Origin: Amphiscolops sp. MND2022
Taxonomy: Eukaryota
Direction: 5' to 3'
DNA: 64,000 nucleotides
Assembly (NCBI GenBank): GCA_964187785.1
Contig: OZ076409.1
Coordinates: forward strand, 35,774,001 to 35,838,000
The number at the start of each line of letters is the position of its first letter. Positions within the stretch are counted from its first letter, which is position 1. The translations under genes and the position numbers were made by a program. The notes beneath the pieces were generated by a model. It was not told where the DNA came from. It did not search any database and worked only from the letters and a program-made list of their open reading frames with translations. Of this stretch, positions 1-12,500 are shown piece after piece.

Positions 1-1
1 A

Positions 2-1930
2 AAGAAAGAACTAATGGACATTACAACTGGTGTTTACTGTAGTAAGCTGAAGAAGCATTTCGATGTCAATTTAGGAGATTTTATTTGCGACATGGTAGCG
101 AAAGCATAGTCCTTGAATGTCGTTCAGTTCAACTAAAACAATGGTTGCCTTTATTGCTACATGCGAACAATCGAGGAGCCCATGAAAAGCATAGACATCT
201 TCACTCATGCCAGGCAAGTTTGTTAGAAAAAACATTGAGCTTTGATTTTGTTTTGAGAAAACTTTACAACGAACGTCATTACCTACTGTCTGGTTCTTAT
301 CCAAGAAGAAACCTTCTCAGATAGTTTTTCAAACGTTTTTTGAATTTTCATTTTCCCCCTTTTTGGGTCACCCAATCAGTCACAATTCGCTGAAGTGTGA
401 TTACCAGGCGGTTTAAACTTGGAAGGGGTCTCGCATGTTTATTAGTGTCCAAAAGTGGTGTGGTCTGCTACAACCCGAAAACTGGATAAACCGACGAGGT
501 AACTTTTGCGTCTATACTTGCCTTAAAATCGAATCACAACATATCGAAACGTTGTCTTTGTTTTCCCATTTGTTTTTCGAATTCAACTGTTGAGATGTTA
601 AAACGTTCAATATTCAGTTACGTACAAAGGGTTGAAGCGCACAATTAAAATCATGCTTAAAGTAAAAAGCGCTCTACTTGTTTCATTTCGTTTGTCGAAC
701 TTAAGTAGTTTTTTCTGTCACGAGGCCATTTTTTGGGGCTGATGATAATAGTGACCACCCGGAAATTACGTAATTCAAACTATGTTCATCGTCTCAATGC
801 AGAAACGCTTCCTCTACCGTTGACCTGAAGAATTCAAGAGGGACGCAAATTCGGCCGCGAAACAAAAACAGTGATAAATGGAATAAAAGGGCGAATAAAT
901 AGATATTCTTGGTGACGTTCCAACCAATGCGTTGCACCAAGTCCACCTCGGTAAGTCAAAAATGAGTGCACGGGTTGGCTCTCTATCCAAACATGACATC
1001 CCAGGAGCTGAACAACGCCTCAAAACATGACCAGTCCAACAAATTTGCACTGCAAACCAGAACTGCTGACTGAGTTGCCCTTTTAGAAAGAAGGGATTTT
1101 TCTCGTTCTCACTACGGCAGCTTTTGTTTCGAAGGACTAGTTCGAGATGATTTACATCGTTCTTTTGATCAGCCCTCGATTGCAATTAGACTTTTATCAA
1201 GGCGAATTTCATCCGAGACGACATCAAAGATGCTGAAAAACTACTATTCATTTTTCTTAACAACTTTGTAGAACTATATGGAAGTGACTCGCAGAGCTTC
1301 AACGTTCATTCTTTGGGACACCTCGGAGAACAAGTTTGACGAAAACGTCCGCTTCGGAGGAAATCAGCAGTTGCCTTTGTGTCGGCGATTCGTTTTTTTT
1401 TTAGCTCTGTCAATGAAACGAAAAAAACCTCTCACATTTAGTCGATAATTTGCTTTTACGGCAACAAAACGTCGTACAAGTACCTCCGGAGAGACATTTC
1501 GACGAGCAGTTCACGATCGCTACTGAAAACTGTGCAAGATTTGCGCTTCTAGAGTGTGGTCCCGGGAAAATGTCCAGTAGGATTTTTTCTCTTCTGGCCC
1601 ATATGTTTTGTGATCTTTGTCCTATGCGAGACTCGGAGATAATTGGAGCGAGTGCAGAGCAAGAAATGTGAGTGGTGACTTTGTGACACTTGTTCTGTAT
1701 TATCGTGAATTTGCTGAATCGGTAACTGCCATTTGTCGGAAGTACATTACAAAAAGACTCAAAACTTTGTCCAATCAACCAAGTCTTTCTACTACGAAAT
1801 TGAACAATTGGACTCTTATTTTATCCTGGTTCTGGACAAAAATTTACCTGTAACTCGCGTGGTGATAGTGTCTGGAAGTTCGGAGAAGTGTCTAAGAAGC
1901 CTCGTGAAAGAAGGTTCCGATCATAATTGA
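2..1930 (+). pseudogene. Degenerate CMC/EnSpm (CACTA-superfamily) DNA transposase
   Basis: Manual translation of + frame 2 gives three colinear family motifs interrupted by stops: ICDMVAKA*SLNVVQFN*NNGCLYC (83-157; consensus ICDxPAR...QFNG..GC..C), DVPTNALHQVHLGK (914-955; consensus PxDxMHxVxLG) and AEKLLFIFLNNFVELYGSDSQSFNVHSLGHLGEQV* (1232-1339; consensus LYG...NVHxLxHL). INGIKG lies just upstream of the second motif in another frame. Extent beyond ~1400 is inferred; no TIR seen. Confidence 0.75.
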
Positions 1931-3557
1931 GTCACTTTGAAAAATGATTTTCCCTTTCCTATATATCATTACATCGAAGTCCCAACAACCACAGTCCTGT
2001 CCATTTTAACCGAACCCATGTTTGCCTGCTTGGAGTACAGCACTGGCTGTGCTCTGGCGAAAAACTTGTAATCATTCGTCTTTCCACGTTGCATCAATGT
2101 TTCTCAAAAACTGTATTGTATTCTTTAATCCGTTTTTCTCCAATTAGGTGGCTTTATCAATTCCCTGCGTTTAATCCTCTTTTGAACAACTAATGAGTAA
2201 CTGGAGTCTTCTGGTTCAACGGAATTCCAAAAATTCACGACATCAAGCAAGGCAAGTTTTAATAATGAAGATTTTTACTTCACTTGTTTTTTCCGAACGC
2301 AGCTAAACTACACATAGGTAGTAGTGTAGTTAACACAAACAATAACAGGTTTGCAATAGATCTCATGGCTTGCAGTACATCACTGGCTGTGTCCGAGCAA
2401 GCATCTAATCTGAAAGTTTAAGTAATAGAAGTCCTATGACTTGCCATGCGCTGGCTCTCTGTAGGATTTTATTGAGCTTTTGTTCCTCTTCGTGTGTGAA
2501 AAATTACCGTTTATGAACTCAATTTTAGCAACAAAGTCCATGGCGTGTGGCTCTCGAGTTTAGAAAGCCGTCGTCCGTTTTCCGCTGAAGAAAAACATTT
2601 GCCTGATTATCTTTGGCTCAAGTAGGTAGTTGGTTCGTAGAACTATCTTGTTATTTTTCGACCTATTGTCAGAAAATGTCTGGTTTTTTAGTAGCAACGT
2701 TAATTGCTATTCGAAGAATGGACTCCGAGCTAGCTCCCTGCATTAATGTTAGGACTTGGCTCAATCGTACGACGCTGTTGTAGTTTTCTGTGGTACCAAT
2801 GACCTCAGCCAACACGCAGCTAAACCTCGGCTGCTGCCTGATGCGCCAGTTTTTGTTGTGCAGAGTATCAAAAACTTCAAACATACCCCATGGAAGCGTA
2901 TCCTCACTGTTTTCTTGTGGTCATAGGATTGTTCCCTGGGCATGACGTGTCACGCGAACAAATTACATAAACTCATTTAATATTGGAAGCAACAATGCCA
3001 GAATCTTACACTAGCCCTTGCGAAATCAGAGCTCTCGGCCATTTTGAGATTGATGATGTCCATTTAAACTCCAGTATGGGCGTTTATCAAGCCGCCCGGT
3101 TGTTTAAACGAGTATTCGAATATGTTATTCGATTGTTGTTATAATTCTCATGACTGAGTGGTTAGAAGAAGTAAGAGTTTCGTAATCTTAATCATCAATT
3201 TAATGGAGGATTGCTACATGTTGGTTCTTCTGCTAGCACAGCACTGGCTGTGACTGACAAAGAACTTTCGCAGGTACCTACAACTGGACAAACCTCGAAG
3301 TTTGTCGTCTGTCAAACTCTTGTGTTTATCGTTTTCGGGCAAAGTATCAGGTCTGACACATTACATTATAACTACACTACATTAACTGTATTATGTCTCT
3401 GGGTGTTTATCAGGCCGTCCTTTAATCAATTGTGTAATTGAATATGTTTAGCTCTCGTTTCGTTTATCCAGACTGAATAATAGCAAAAAAATCAAGAAAA
3501 ACTCAGGCTCGCTATGTTTTTCAGAAGTCTGACAGTTCTTTGCTAGCCGACACTAGC

Positions 3558-6500
3558 AACCCTGGAGGTCTGGAGTGTTCTGGTGCAATACAAGTGTTCT
3601 GGGTTTCTGGGCTTCCTCAAAACATATCTGAAAGGTCTCAATTTCTGAAGATTTGAAAATTTTTCGGCTCTTCACTATAAATTTTTATTAAATTTAGAAA
3701 CCTTGTCGAAAACGTAGTCTTTCGCTCAAAAAACTTTGATGCCAAATGTATATTTTTAGTGTCCCCAGTACTTCAAAATCTCAAAAAAATCAGGGAATTG
3801 TAGTTTCTAATTCTCGAGTTTTTTCCGCTGTTGTTTTTTTGAAATGTTTTTCTTAACTCCTCGTGTTGTCAATGAATAACCAGTTTTGTTTTAGACTCTG
3901 TCTTCGGGAAACGATGGAATTTGTGTGGCATCTCTTACGAAACCACTGGTGGAGCTATCTCTGGCACCTGGTGTGTTCTGTATGCGACACAAGTGTCCTG
4001 GGGTTCGGTTTCCTCAAAACAACTCCAAAAAGTCTCAATTTCTGAAGATTTGAAAGTCTTTCGGCTCTTCACTATAAATTTTTAGTAAATTTAGAAACCT
4101 CGTCGAAAACGTAGCCTTTCGCTCAAAAAACTTTGATGCCAAATGTATCATTTTAGTGTCCCCAGTACTTCAAAATCTCAAAAAAAAGAATCAGGGAATT
4201 GTAATTTCTAATTCTCGAGTTTTTTCCGCTGTTGTTTTTTGATATGTCTTTCTTAACTCTTCGTGTTGTCAATTAATAACCAGTTTTGTTTCAGACTCTG
4301 TCTTCGGAAAACCATGGAATTTGTGAGGCATCTTGTACGAAACCACTGGTGGAGCTATCTCTGGCCCCTGGTGTGTTCTGTATGCAACATAAATATTCTG
4401 GGTTTCGGCTTCCTCGAAACAACTCCGAAGCGTCTCAATTTCTGACGATTCGAAATTTTTTGGCTCTTCATTATAAGTTTTTAGTGTATTTTCAGAAACC
4501 TTGTCAAAAACGTAGTCTTTCGCTCAGAAAACGGTGATGTCAAATGTGTTAATTTAGTGTCCCAAGTGCTTCAAAATCTCGAAAAAAGAATCAGGGAATT
4601 GTATTTTCTAGTTGTCGAGTTTTTTCCGCTGTTGTTTTTTGATATGTCTTTCTTAACTCTTCGTGTTGTCAATGAATAACCAGTTTTGTTTCAGACTCTG
4701 TCTTCGGAAAACCATGGAATTTGTGTGGCATCTTGTACGAAACCACTGGTGGGGCTATCTCTGGCACCTGGTGTGTTCTGTATAGGACACAAGTGTTCTG
4801 GGTTTCGGCTTCCTAAAAACAACTCCAAAAGGTCTCAATTTCTGACAATTTGAAGATTTTCCGGCTCTTCACAATAATTTATAACTGTATTTAGCAATTT
4901 TGTCGAAAACGTAGTCTTTCGCTCAAAAAACTTTGATGCCAAATGTATCATTTTAGAGTCCCCAGTACTTCAAAATCTCAAAAAAAAGAATCAAGGAATT
5001 GTAATTTCTAGTTCTCGAGTTTTTTCCGCTGTTGTTTCTTTTGATATGTCCTTCTTAACTCCTCGTGTTGTCAATGAATAACAAGTTTTGTTTCGGACTT
5101 TGTCTTCGGAAAACGATGGAATTTGTGGGGCATCTGGTACGAAACCACTGGTGGAGCTATCTCTGGCCCCTGGTGTGTTCTGTATGCAACATAAATGTTC
5201 TGGGTTTCGGCTTCCTCGAAACAACTCCGAAGCGTCTCAATTTCTGACGATTCGAAAGTTTTTTGGCTCTTCACTGTAAGTTTGCAGTGTAGTTAGAAAT
5301 GTCGAAAAGGTAGTCTTTCGCTCAGAAAACGGTGATGTCAAATGTGTCAATTTAGTGTCCCAAGTGCTTCAAAATCTCGGAAAAAGAATCCGGGAATTGT
5401 ATTTTCTAGTTTTCGAGTTTTTTCCGCGGTTGTTTTTTTATATGGCCTTCTTTAATTCTCGTGTTGTCAATGAATAACCAGTTTTCTTTAGGACTTTGTC
5501 TTCGGAAAAGAATGGAGTGTGTGTGGCATCTGGTACGACCCACTGCAGGAGCGCTATCTCTGGAACCTGGTGTGTTCTGTAGGCGACACAATTGTTCTGG
5601 GTTTCGGCTTCCTCAAAACAACTCCGAAAGGTCTCAATTTCTGAAGATTGGTAAATTTTTCGGCTCTTCACTATAAGTTTTTAGTGTATTTAGAAGCCTT
5701 GTCGAAAACGTAGCTTTTCGCTCGAAAAAGCGTTTGTCAAGTGTAGCATTTTGGTGTTCCTCAGTTCTTCAAAAACCCAAAAATAAAATTGCAACTTCCA
5801 GATCTCGAGCTATCTACGCTGGGGTTTTATGGGACAGCAGCGTTTCCGTGTCCCCGAGTTCTTCAAATGCTCAAAAAAGAATCATGGAATTGTAATTTGT
5901 AGTTGTCGAGATTTTTTCCGCTGTTGTTTTTTTGATATGTCCTTCTTAACTCTTCGTGTTGTCAATGGATAACCAATTTTTTTTCAGACTTTGTCTTTGG
6001 AAAACGATAGAAATTGTGTGGCATCTGGTACGAACCCACTGGAGAAGTTATCTTTGGCACCTGGGAAGTTCTGTATGCGACGCAAGTGTTCTGGGTTTCG
6101 GCGTCCTCAAAACAACTCCGAAAGGTCTCACTTTCTGAAGATTGGTAATTTTTTCGGCTCTTCATTATAAGTTTTTAGTGTATTTAGAAGCCTTGTCGAA
6201 AACGTAGCTTTTCGCTCGAAAAAGCGTTTGTCAAGTGTAGCATTTTGGTGTTCCTCAGTTCTTCAAAAACCCAAAAATAAAATTGCAACTTCCAGATCTC
6301 GAGCTATCTACGCTGGGGTTTTATGGGACAGCAGCGTTTCCGTGTCCCCGAGTTCTTCAAATGCTCAAAAAAGAATCATGGAATTGTAATTTGTAGTTGT
6401 CGAGATTTTTTCCGCTGTTGTTTTTTTGATATGTCCTTCTTAACTCTTCGTGTTGTCAATGAATAACCAATTTTTTTTCAGACTTTGTCTTTGGAAAACG

Positions 6501-9500
6501 ATAGAAATTGTGTGGCATCTGGTACGAACCCACTGGAGGAGCTATCTTCGGCACCTGGGAAGTTCAGTATGCGACGCAAGTGTTCTCGGTTTCGGCGTCC
6601 TCAAAACAACTCCGAAAGGTCTCAATTTTTGACGATTTGAAAGTTTTTCGGCTCTCCACTATGAGTTATTAGTATTAGTGTAATTAGAAACCTTGTCAAA
6701 AACGTAGTTTTTTGATCAAAAAACTTTGATGCCAAATGTATCATTTTAGTGTCCCCAGTACTTCAAAATCTCAAAAAAAGAATCAGGGAATTGTAATTTC
6801 TAGTTCTCGAATTTTTTCCGCTGTTGTTTCTTTTGATATGTCCTTCTTAACTCCTCGTGTTGTCAATGAATAACAAGTTTTGTTTCGGACTTTGTCTTCG
6901 GAAAACGATGGAATTTGTGGGGCATCTGGTACGAAACCACTGGTGGAGCTATCTCTGGCCCCTGGTGTGTTCTGTATGCAACATAAATGTTCTGGGTTTC
7001 GGCTTCCTCGAAACAACTCCGAAGCGTCTCAATTTCTGACGATTCGAAAGTTTTTTGGCTCTTCACTGTAAGTTTGCAGTGTAGTTAGAAATGTCGAAAA
7101 GGTAGTCTTTCGCTCAGAAAACGGTGATGTCAAATGTGTCAATTTAGTGTCCCAAGTGCTTCAAAATCTCGGAAAAAGAATCCGGGAATTGTATTTTCTA
7201 GTTTTCGAGTTTTTTCCCCGGTTGTTTTTTTATATGGCCTTCTTTAATTCTCGTGTTGTCAATGAATAACCAGTTTTCTTTAGGACTTTGTCTTCGGAAA
7301 AGAATGGAGTGTGTGTGGCATCTGGTACGACCCACTGCAGGAGCGCTATCTCTGGAACCTGGTGTGTTCTGTAGGCGACACAATTGTTCTGGGTTTCGGC
7401 TTCCTCAAAACAACTCCGAAAGGTCTCAATTTCTGAAGATTGGTAAATTTTTCGGCTCTTCACTATAAGTTTTTAGTGTATTTAGAAGCCTTGTCGAAAA
7501 CGTAGCTTTTCGCTCGAAAAAGCGTTTGTCAAGTGTAGCATTTTGGTGTTCCTCAGTTCTTCAAAAACCCAAAAATAAAATTGCAACTTCCAGATCTCGA
7601 GCTATCTACGCTGGGGTTTTATGGGACAGCAGCGTTTCCGTGTCCCCGAGTTCTTCAAATGCTCAAAAAAGAATCATGGAATTGTAATTTGTAGTTGTCG
7701 AGATTTTTTCCGCTGTTGTTTTTTTGATATGTCCTTCTTAACTCTTCGTGTTGTCAATGGATAACCAATTTTTTTTCAGACTTTGTCTTTGGAAAACGAT
7801 AGAAATTGTGTGGCATCTGGTACGAACCCACTGGAGAAGTTATCTTTGGCACCTGGGAAGTTCTGTATGCGACGCAAGTGTTCTGGGTTTCGGCGTCCTC
7901 AAAACAACTCCGAAAGGTCTCACTTTCTGAAGATTGGTAATTTTTTCGGCTCTTCATTATAAGTTTTTAGTGTATTTAGAAGCCTTGTCGAAAACGTAGC
8001 TTTTCGCTCGAAAAAGCGTTTGTCAAGTGTAGCATTTTGGTGTTCCTCAGTTCTTCAAAAACCCAAAAATAAAATTGCAACTTCCAGATCTCGAGCTATC
8101 TACGCTGGGGTTTTATGGGACAGCAGCGTTTCCGTGTCCCCGAGTTCTTCAAATGCTCAAAAAAGAATCATGAAATTGTAATTTGTAGTTGTCGAGATTT
8201 TTTCCGCTGTTGTTTTTTTGATATGTCCTTCTTAACTCTTCGTGTTGTCAATGAATAACCAATTTTTTTTCAGACTTTGTCTTTGGAAAACGATAGAAAT
8301 TGTGTGGCATCTGGTACGAACCCACTGGAGGAGCTATCTTCGGCACCTGGGAAGTTCAGTATGCGACGCAAGTGTTCTCGGTTTCGGCGTCCTCAAAACA
8401 ACTCCGAAAGGTCTCAATTTTTGACGATTTGAAAGTTTTTCGGCTCTCCACTATGAGTTATTAGTATTAGTGTAATTAGAAACCTTGTCAAAAACGTAGT
8501 TTTTTGATCAAAAAACTTTGATGCCAAATGTATCATTTTAGTGTCCCCAGTACTTCAAAATCTCAAAAAAAGAATCAGGGAATTGTAATTTCTAGTTCTC
8601 GAGTTATTTCCGCTGTTGTTTCTTTTGATATGTCCTTCTTAACTCCTCGTGTTGTCAATGAATAACCAATTTTTTTTCAGACTTTGTCTTTGGAAAACGA
8701 TAGAAATTGTGTGGCATCTGGTACGAACCCACTGGAGGAGCTATCTTTGGCACCTGGGAAGTTCTGTATGCGACGCAAGTGTTCTGGGTTTCGGCGTCCT
8801 CAAAACAACTCCGAAAGGTTTCAATTTGTGACGATTTGAAAGTTTTTCGGCTCTTCACTATAAGCTATTAGTGTATTTAGAAACCTTGTCAAAAACGTAG
8901 TTTTTCGAACAAAAAACGTTGATGTCAAATGTATCATTTTAGTGTCCCCAGTACTTCAAAATTTCGAAAAAAGAATCAGGGACTTGTAGATTCTAGTTTT
9001 CGAGTTTTATCCGCTGTTGTTTTTTTGATATATTCTTTTTAACTTTTCGTGTTGTCAAATAATAACCAGTTGTGTTTCAGACTTTGTCTTTGGAAAACGA
9101 TGGAATTTTTGTGGCATCTGGTACGAAACCACTGGAGGAGCTATCTCTGGCACCTGGTGTGTTCTGTATGCGAAACAAGTGTCCTGGGTTTCGGTTTCCT
9201 CAAAACAACTCCGAAAGGTCTCGATTTCTGAACATTTGAAAATCTTTCGGCTCTTCACTATAAATTTTTAGTAAATTTAGAAACCTTGTCGAAAACGTAG
9301 CCTTTCGCTCAAAAAACTTTGATGCCAAATGTATCATTTTAGTGTCCCCAGTACTTCAAAAGCTCAAAAAAAGAATCAGGGAATCGTAATTTCTAGTTCT
9401 CGAGTTTTTTCCGCTGTTGTTTCTTTTGATATGTCCTTCTTAACTCCTCGTGTTGTCAATGAATAACCAGTTTTGTTTCGGACTGTGTCTTTGGAAAACG

Positions 9501-12500
9501 ATTGAATTTTTGTGGCATCTGGTACGAAACCACTGATGGAGCTATCTCTGGCCCCTGGGGTGTTCTGTATGCAACATAAATGTTCTGGGTTTCGGCTTCC
9601 TCAAAACAACTCCGAAGCGTCTCAATTTCTGACGATTCGAAAATTTTTCGGCTCTTCAATATAAGTTTTTAGTGTATTCAGAAACTTTGTCGAAAACGTA
9701 GTCTTTCGCTCAGAAAACAGTGATGTCAAATGTGGCAATTTAGTGTCCCAAGTGCTTCAAAATCTCAAAAAAAGAATCAGGAAATTGTATTTTCTAGTTC
9801 TTGAGTTTTTTCCGCGGTTGTTTTTTTATATGGCCTTCTTTAATCTTCGTGTTGTCAATGAATAACCAGTTTTCTTTCAGACTTTGTCTTCGGAAAACAA
9901 TGGAGTGTGTGTGGCATCTGGTACGACCCACTGCAGGAGCGCTACCTCTGGCACCTGATGTGTTCTGTATGCGACACAATTCTTCTGGGTTTCGGCTTCC
10001 TCAAAACAACTCCGAATGGTCTCAATTTCTGAAGATTGGAAAATTTTTCGGCTCTTCACTATAAATTTTTAGTGTATTTAGAAGCCTTGTCGTAAACGTA
10101 GCTTTTCGCTCGAAAAAGCGTTTGTCAAGTGTAGCATTTTGGTGTTCCTCAGTTCTTCAAAAACCCAAAAATAAAATTGCAAATTCCAGATCTCGAGCTA
10201 TCTACGCTGGGGTTTTATGGGACAGCAGCGTTTCCGTGTCCCCGAGTTCTTCAAATGCTCAAAAAAGAATCATGGAATTGTAATTTGTAGTTGTCGAGAT
10301 TTTTTCCGCGGTTGTTTTTTTGAAATGTTCTTCTTAACTCTTCGTGTTGTCAATGAATAACCAATTTTTTTCAGACTTTGTATTTGGAAAACGATAGAAA
10401 TTGTGTGGCATCTGGTACGAACCCACTGGAGGAGCTATCTTTGGCACCTGGGAAGTTCTGTATGCGACGCAAGTGTTGTGGATTTCGGCGTCCTCAAAAC
10501 AACTCCGAAAGGTCTCAATTTTTGACGATTTGAATGTTTTTCGGCTCTTCACTATAAGCTATTAGTGTATTTAGAAACCTTGTCGAGAACGTAGTCTTTC
10601 GATCAAAAAACGTTGATGTCAAATGTATCATTTTAGTGTCCCCACTACTTCAAAATTTCAAAAAAACAATCAGGGTCTTGTAATTTCTAGTGCTCGAGTT
10701 TTTTCCGCGGTTGTTTTTTTATATGGCCTTCTTTAATCCTCGTGTTGTCAATGAATAACCAGTTTTCTTTCAGACTTTGTCTTCGGAAAACAATGGAGTG
10801 TGTGTGGCATCTGGTAAGACCCACTGCAGGAGCGCTATCTCTGGCACCTGGTGTGTTCTGCATGCGACACAATTGTTCTGGGTTTCGGTTTCCTCAGAAC
10901 AACTCCGAAAAGTCTCAATTTCTGAAAATTGGAAAATTTTTCGGGTCTTCACTATAAGTTTTTAGTGTATTTAGAATCCTTGTCGAAAACGTAGCTTTTC
11001 GCTCGAAAAAGCGTTTGTCAAGTGTAGCATTTTGGTGTTCCTCAGTTCTTCAAAACCCAAAAAAAATTGCGAATTCCAGATCTCGAGCTATCTACGCTGG
11101 GGTTTTATAGGACAGCAGCGTTTCCGTGTCCCCGAGTTCTTCAAATGCTCAATAAAGAATCATGGATTTGTAATTTGTAGTTGTCGAGATTTTTTCCGCT
11201 GTTGTTTTTTGATATGTCCTTCTTAACTCTTCGTGTTGTCAATGAATAACCAATTTTGTTTCAAACTATGTCTTTGGAAAACGATGAAAATTGTGTGGCA
11301 TCTGGTACGAAACCACTGGAGGAGCTATCTTTGGCACCTGGTAAGTTCTGTATGCGACGCAAGTGTTCTGGGTTTCGGTTTCCTCAAAACAACTCCGAAA
11401 ATTCTCAATTTTTAACGATTTGAAAGTTTTTCAGCTCTTCACTATAAGCTATAAGTGTATTTAGAAACCTTGTCAAAAACGTAGTCTTTCGATCAAAAAA
11501 CGTTGATGTCAAATGTATCATTTTAGTGTCCCCAGTACTTCAAAATTTCAAAAAAGAATCAGGGACTTGTAATTTCTAGTTTTCGAGCTTTTTCCGCTGT
11601 TGTTTTTTTTGATATGTTCTTTTTAACTTTTCGTGTTGTCAAAGAATAACCAGTTTTGTTTCAGACTTTGTCTTTGGAAAACAATGGAAGTTTTGTGGCA
11701 TCTGGTACGAAAACACTGCAGGAGCTATCTCTGGCACCTGGTGTGTTCTGTATGCGACACAATTGTTCTGGGTTTTAGCTTCCTCAAAGTAACTCCAAAA
11801 GGTCTCACTTTCTGAAGATTTGAAAAGTTTTTGGCTCTTCACAATTTTTTTTACTGTATTTAGCAATTTTGTTGAAAACGTAGCTTTTCGCTCGAGAAAG
11901 CTTTTGTCAAGTGTAGCATTTTGGTGTTCCTCAGTTGTTCAAAAACCCAAAAATAAAATTGCAAATTCCAGATCTCGAGCTATCTACGCTGGGGTTTTAT
12001 AGGACAGCAGCGTTTCCGTGTCCCGAGTTCTTCAAATGCTCAAAAAAGAATCATGGAATTGTAACTTTTAGTTCTCGAGTTTTTTCCGCTGTTGTTTTTT
12101 TGATATGTGCTTCTTAACTCTTCGTGTTGTCAAGGAATAACCAGTTTTGTTTCAGACTATGTCTCTGGAAAACGATGAAAAATGTGTGGCATCTGGTACG
12201 AACCCACTGGAGGAGCTATCTTTGGCACCTGGGAAGTTCTGTATGCGACGCAAGTGTTCTGGGTTTCGGCGTCCTCAAAACAACTCCGGAAGGTCTCAAT
12301 TTTTGACGATTTGAAAGTTTTTCGGCTCTTCACTTTGAGCTATTAATGTATTTAGAAACCTTGTCAAAAACGTAGTTTTTCGAACAAAAAACGTTGATGT
12401 CAAATGTATCATTTTAGTGTCCCCAGTACTTCAAAATTTCAAAAAAAAGAATCAGGGATTTGTAATTTTTAGTTCTTGAGTTTTTTCCGCTGTTGTTTTT

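Noticed and set aside
3880-3930. CENP-B-box-like motif in the monomer (cttcggaaaacgatgg type)
   Set aside because: Does not match the required TTCG....A..CGGG core.
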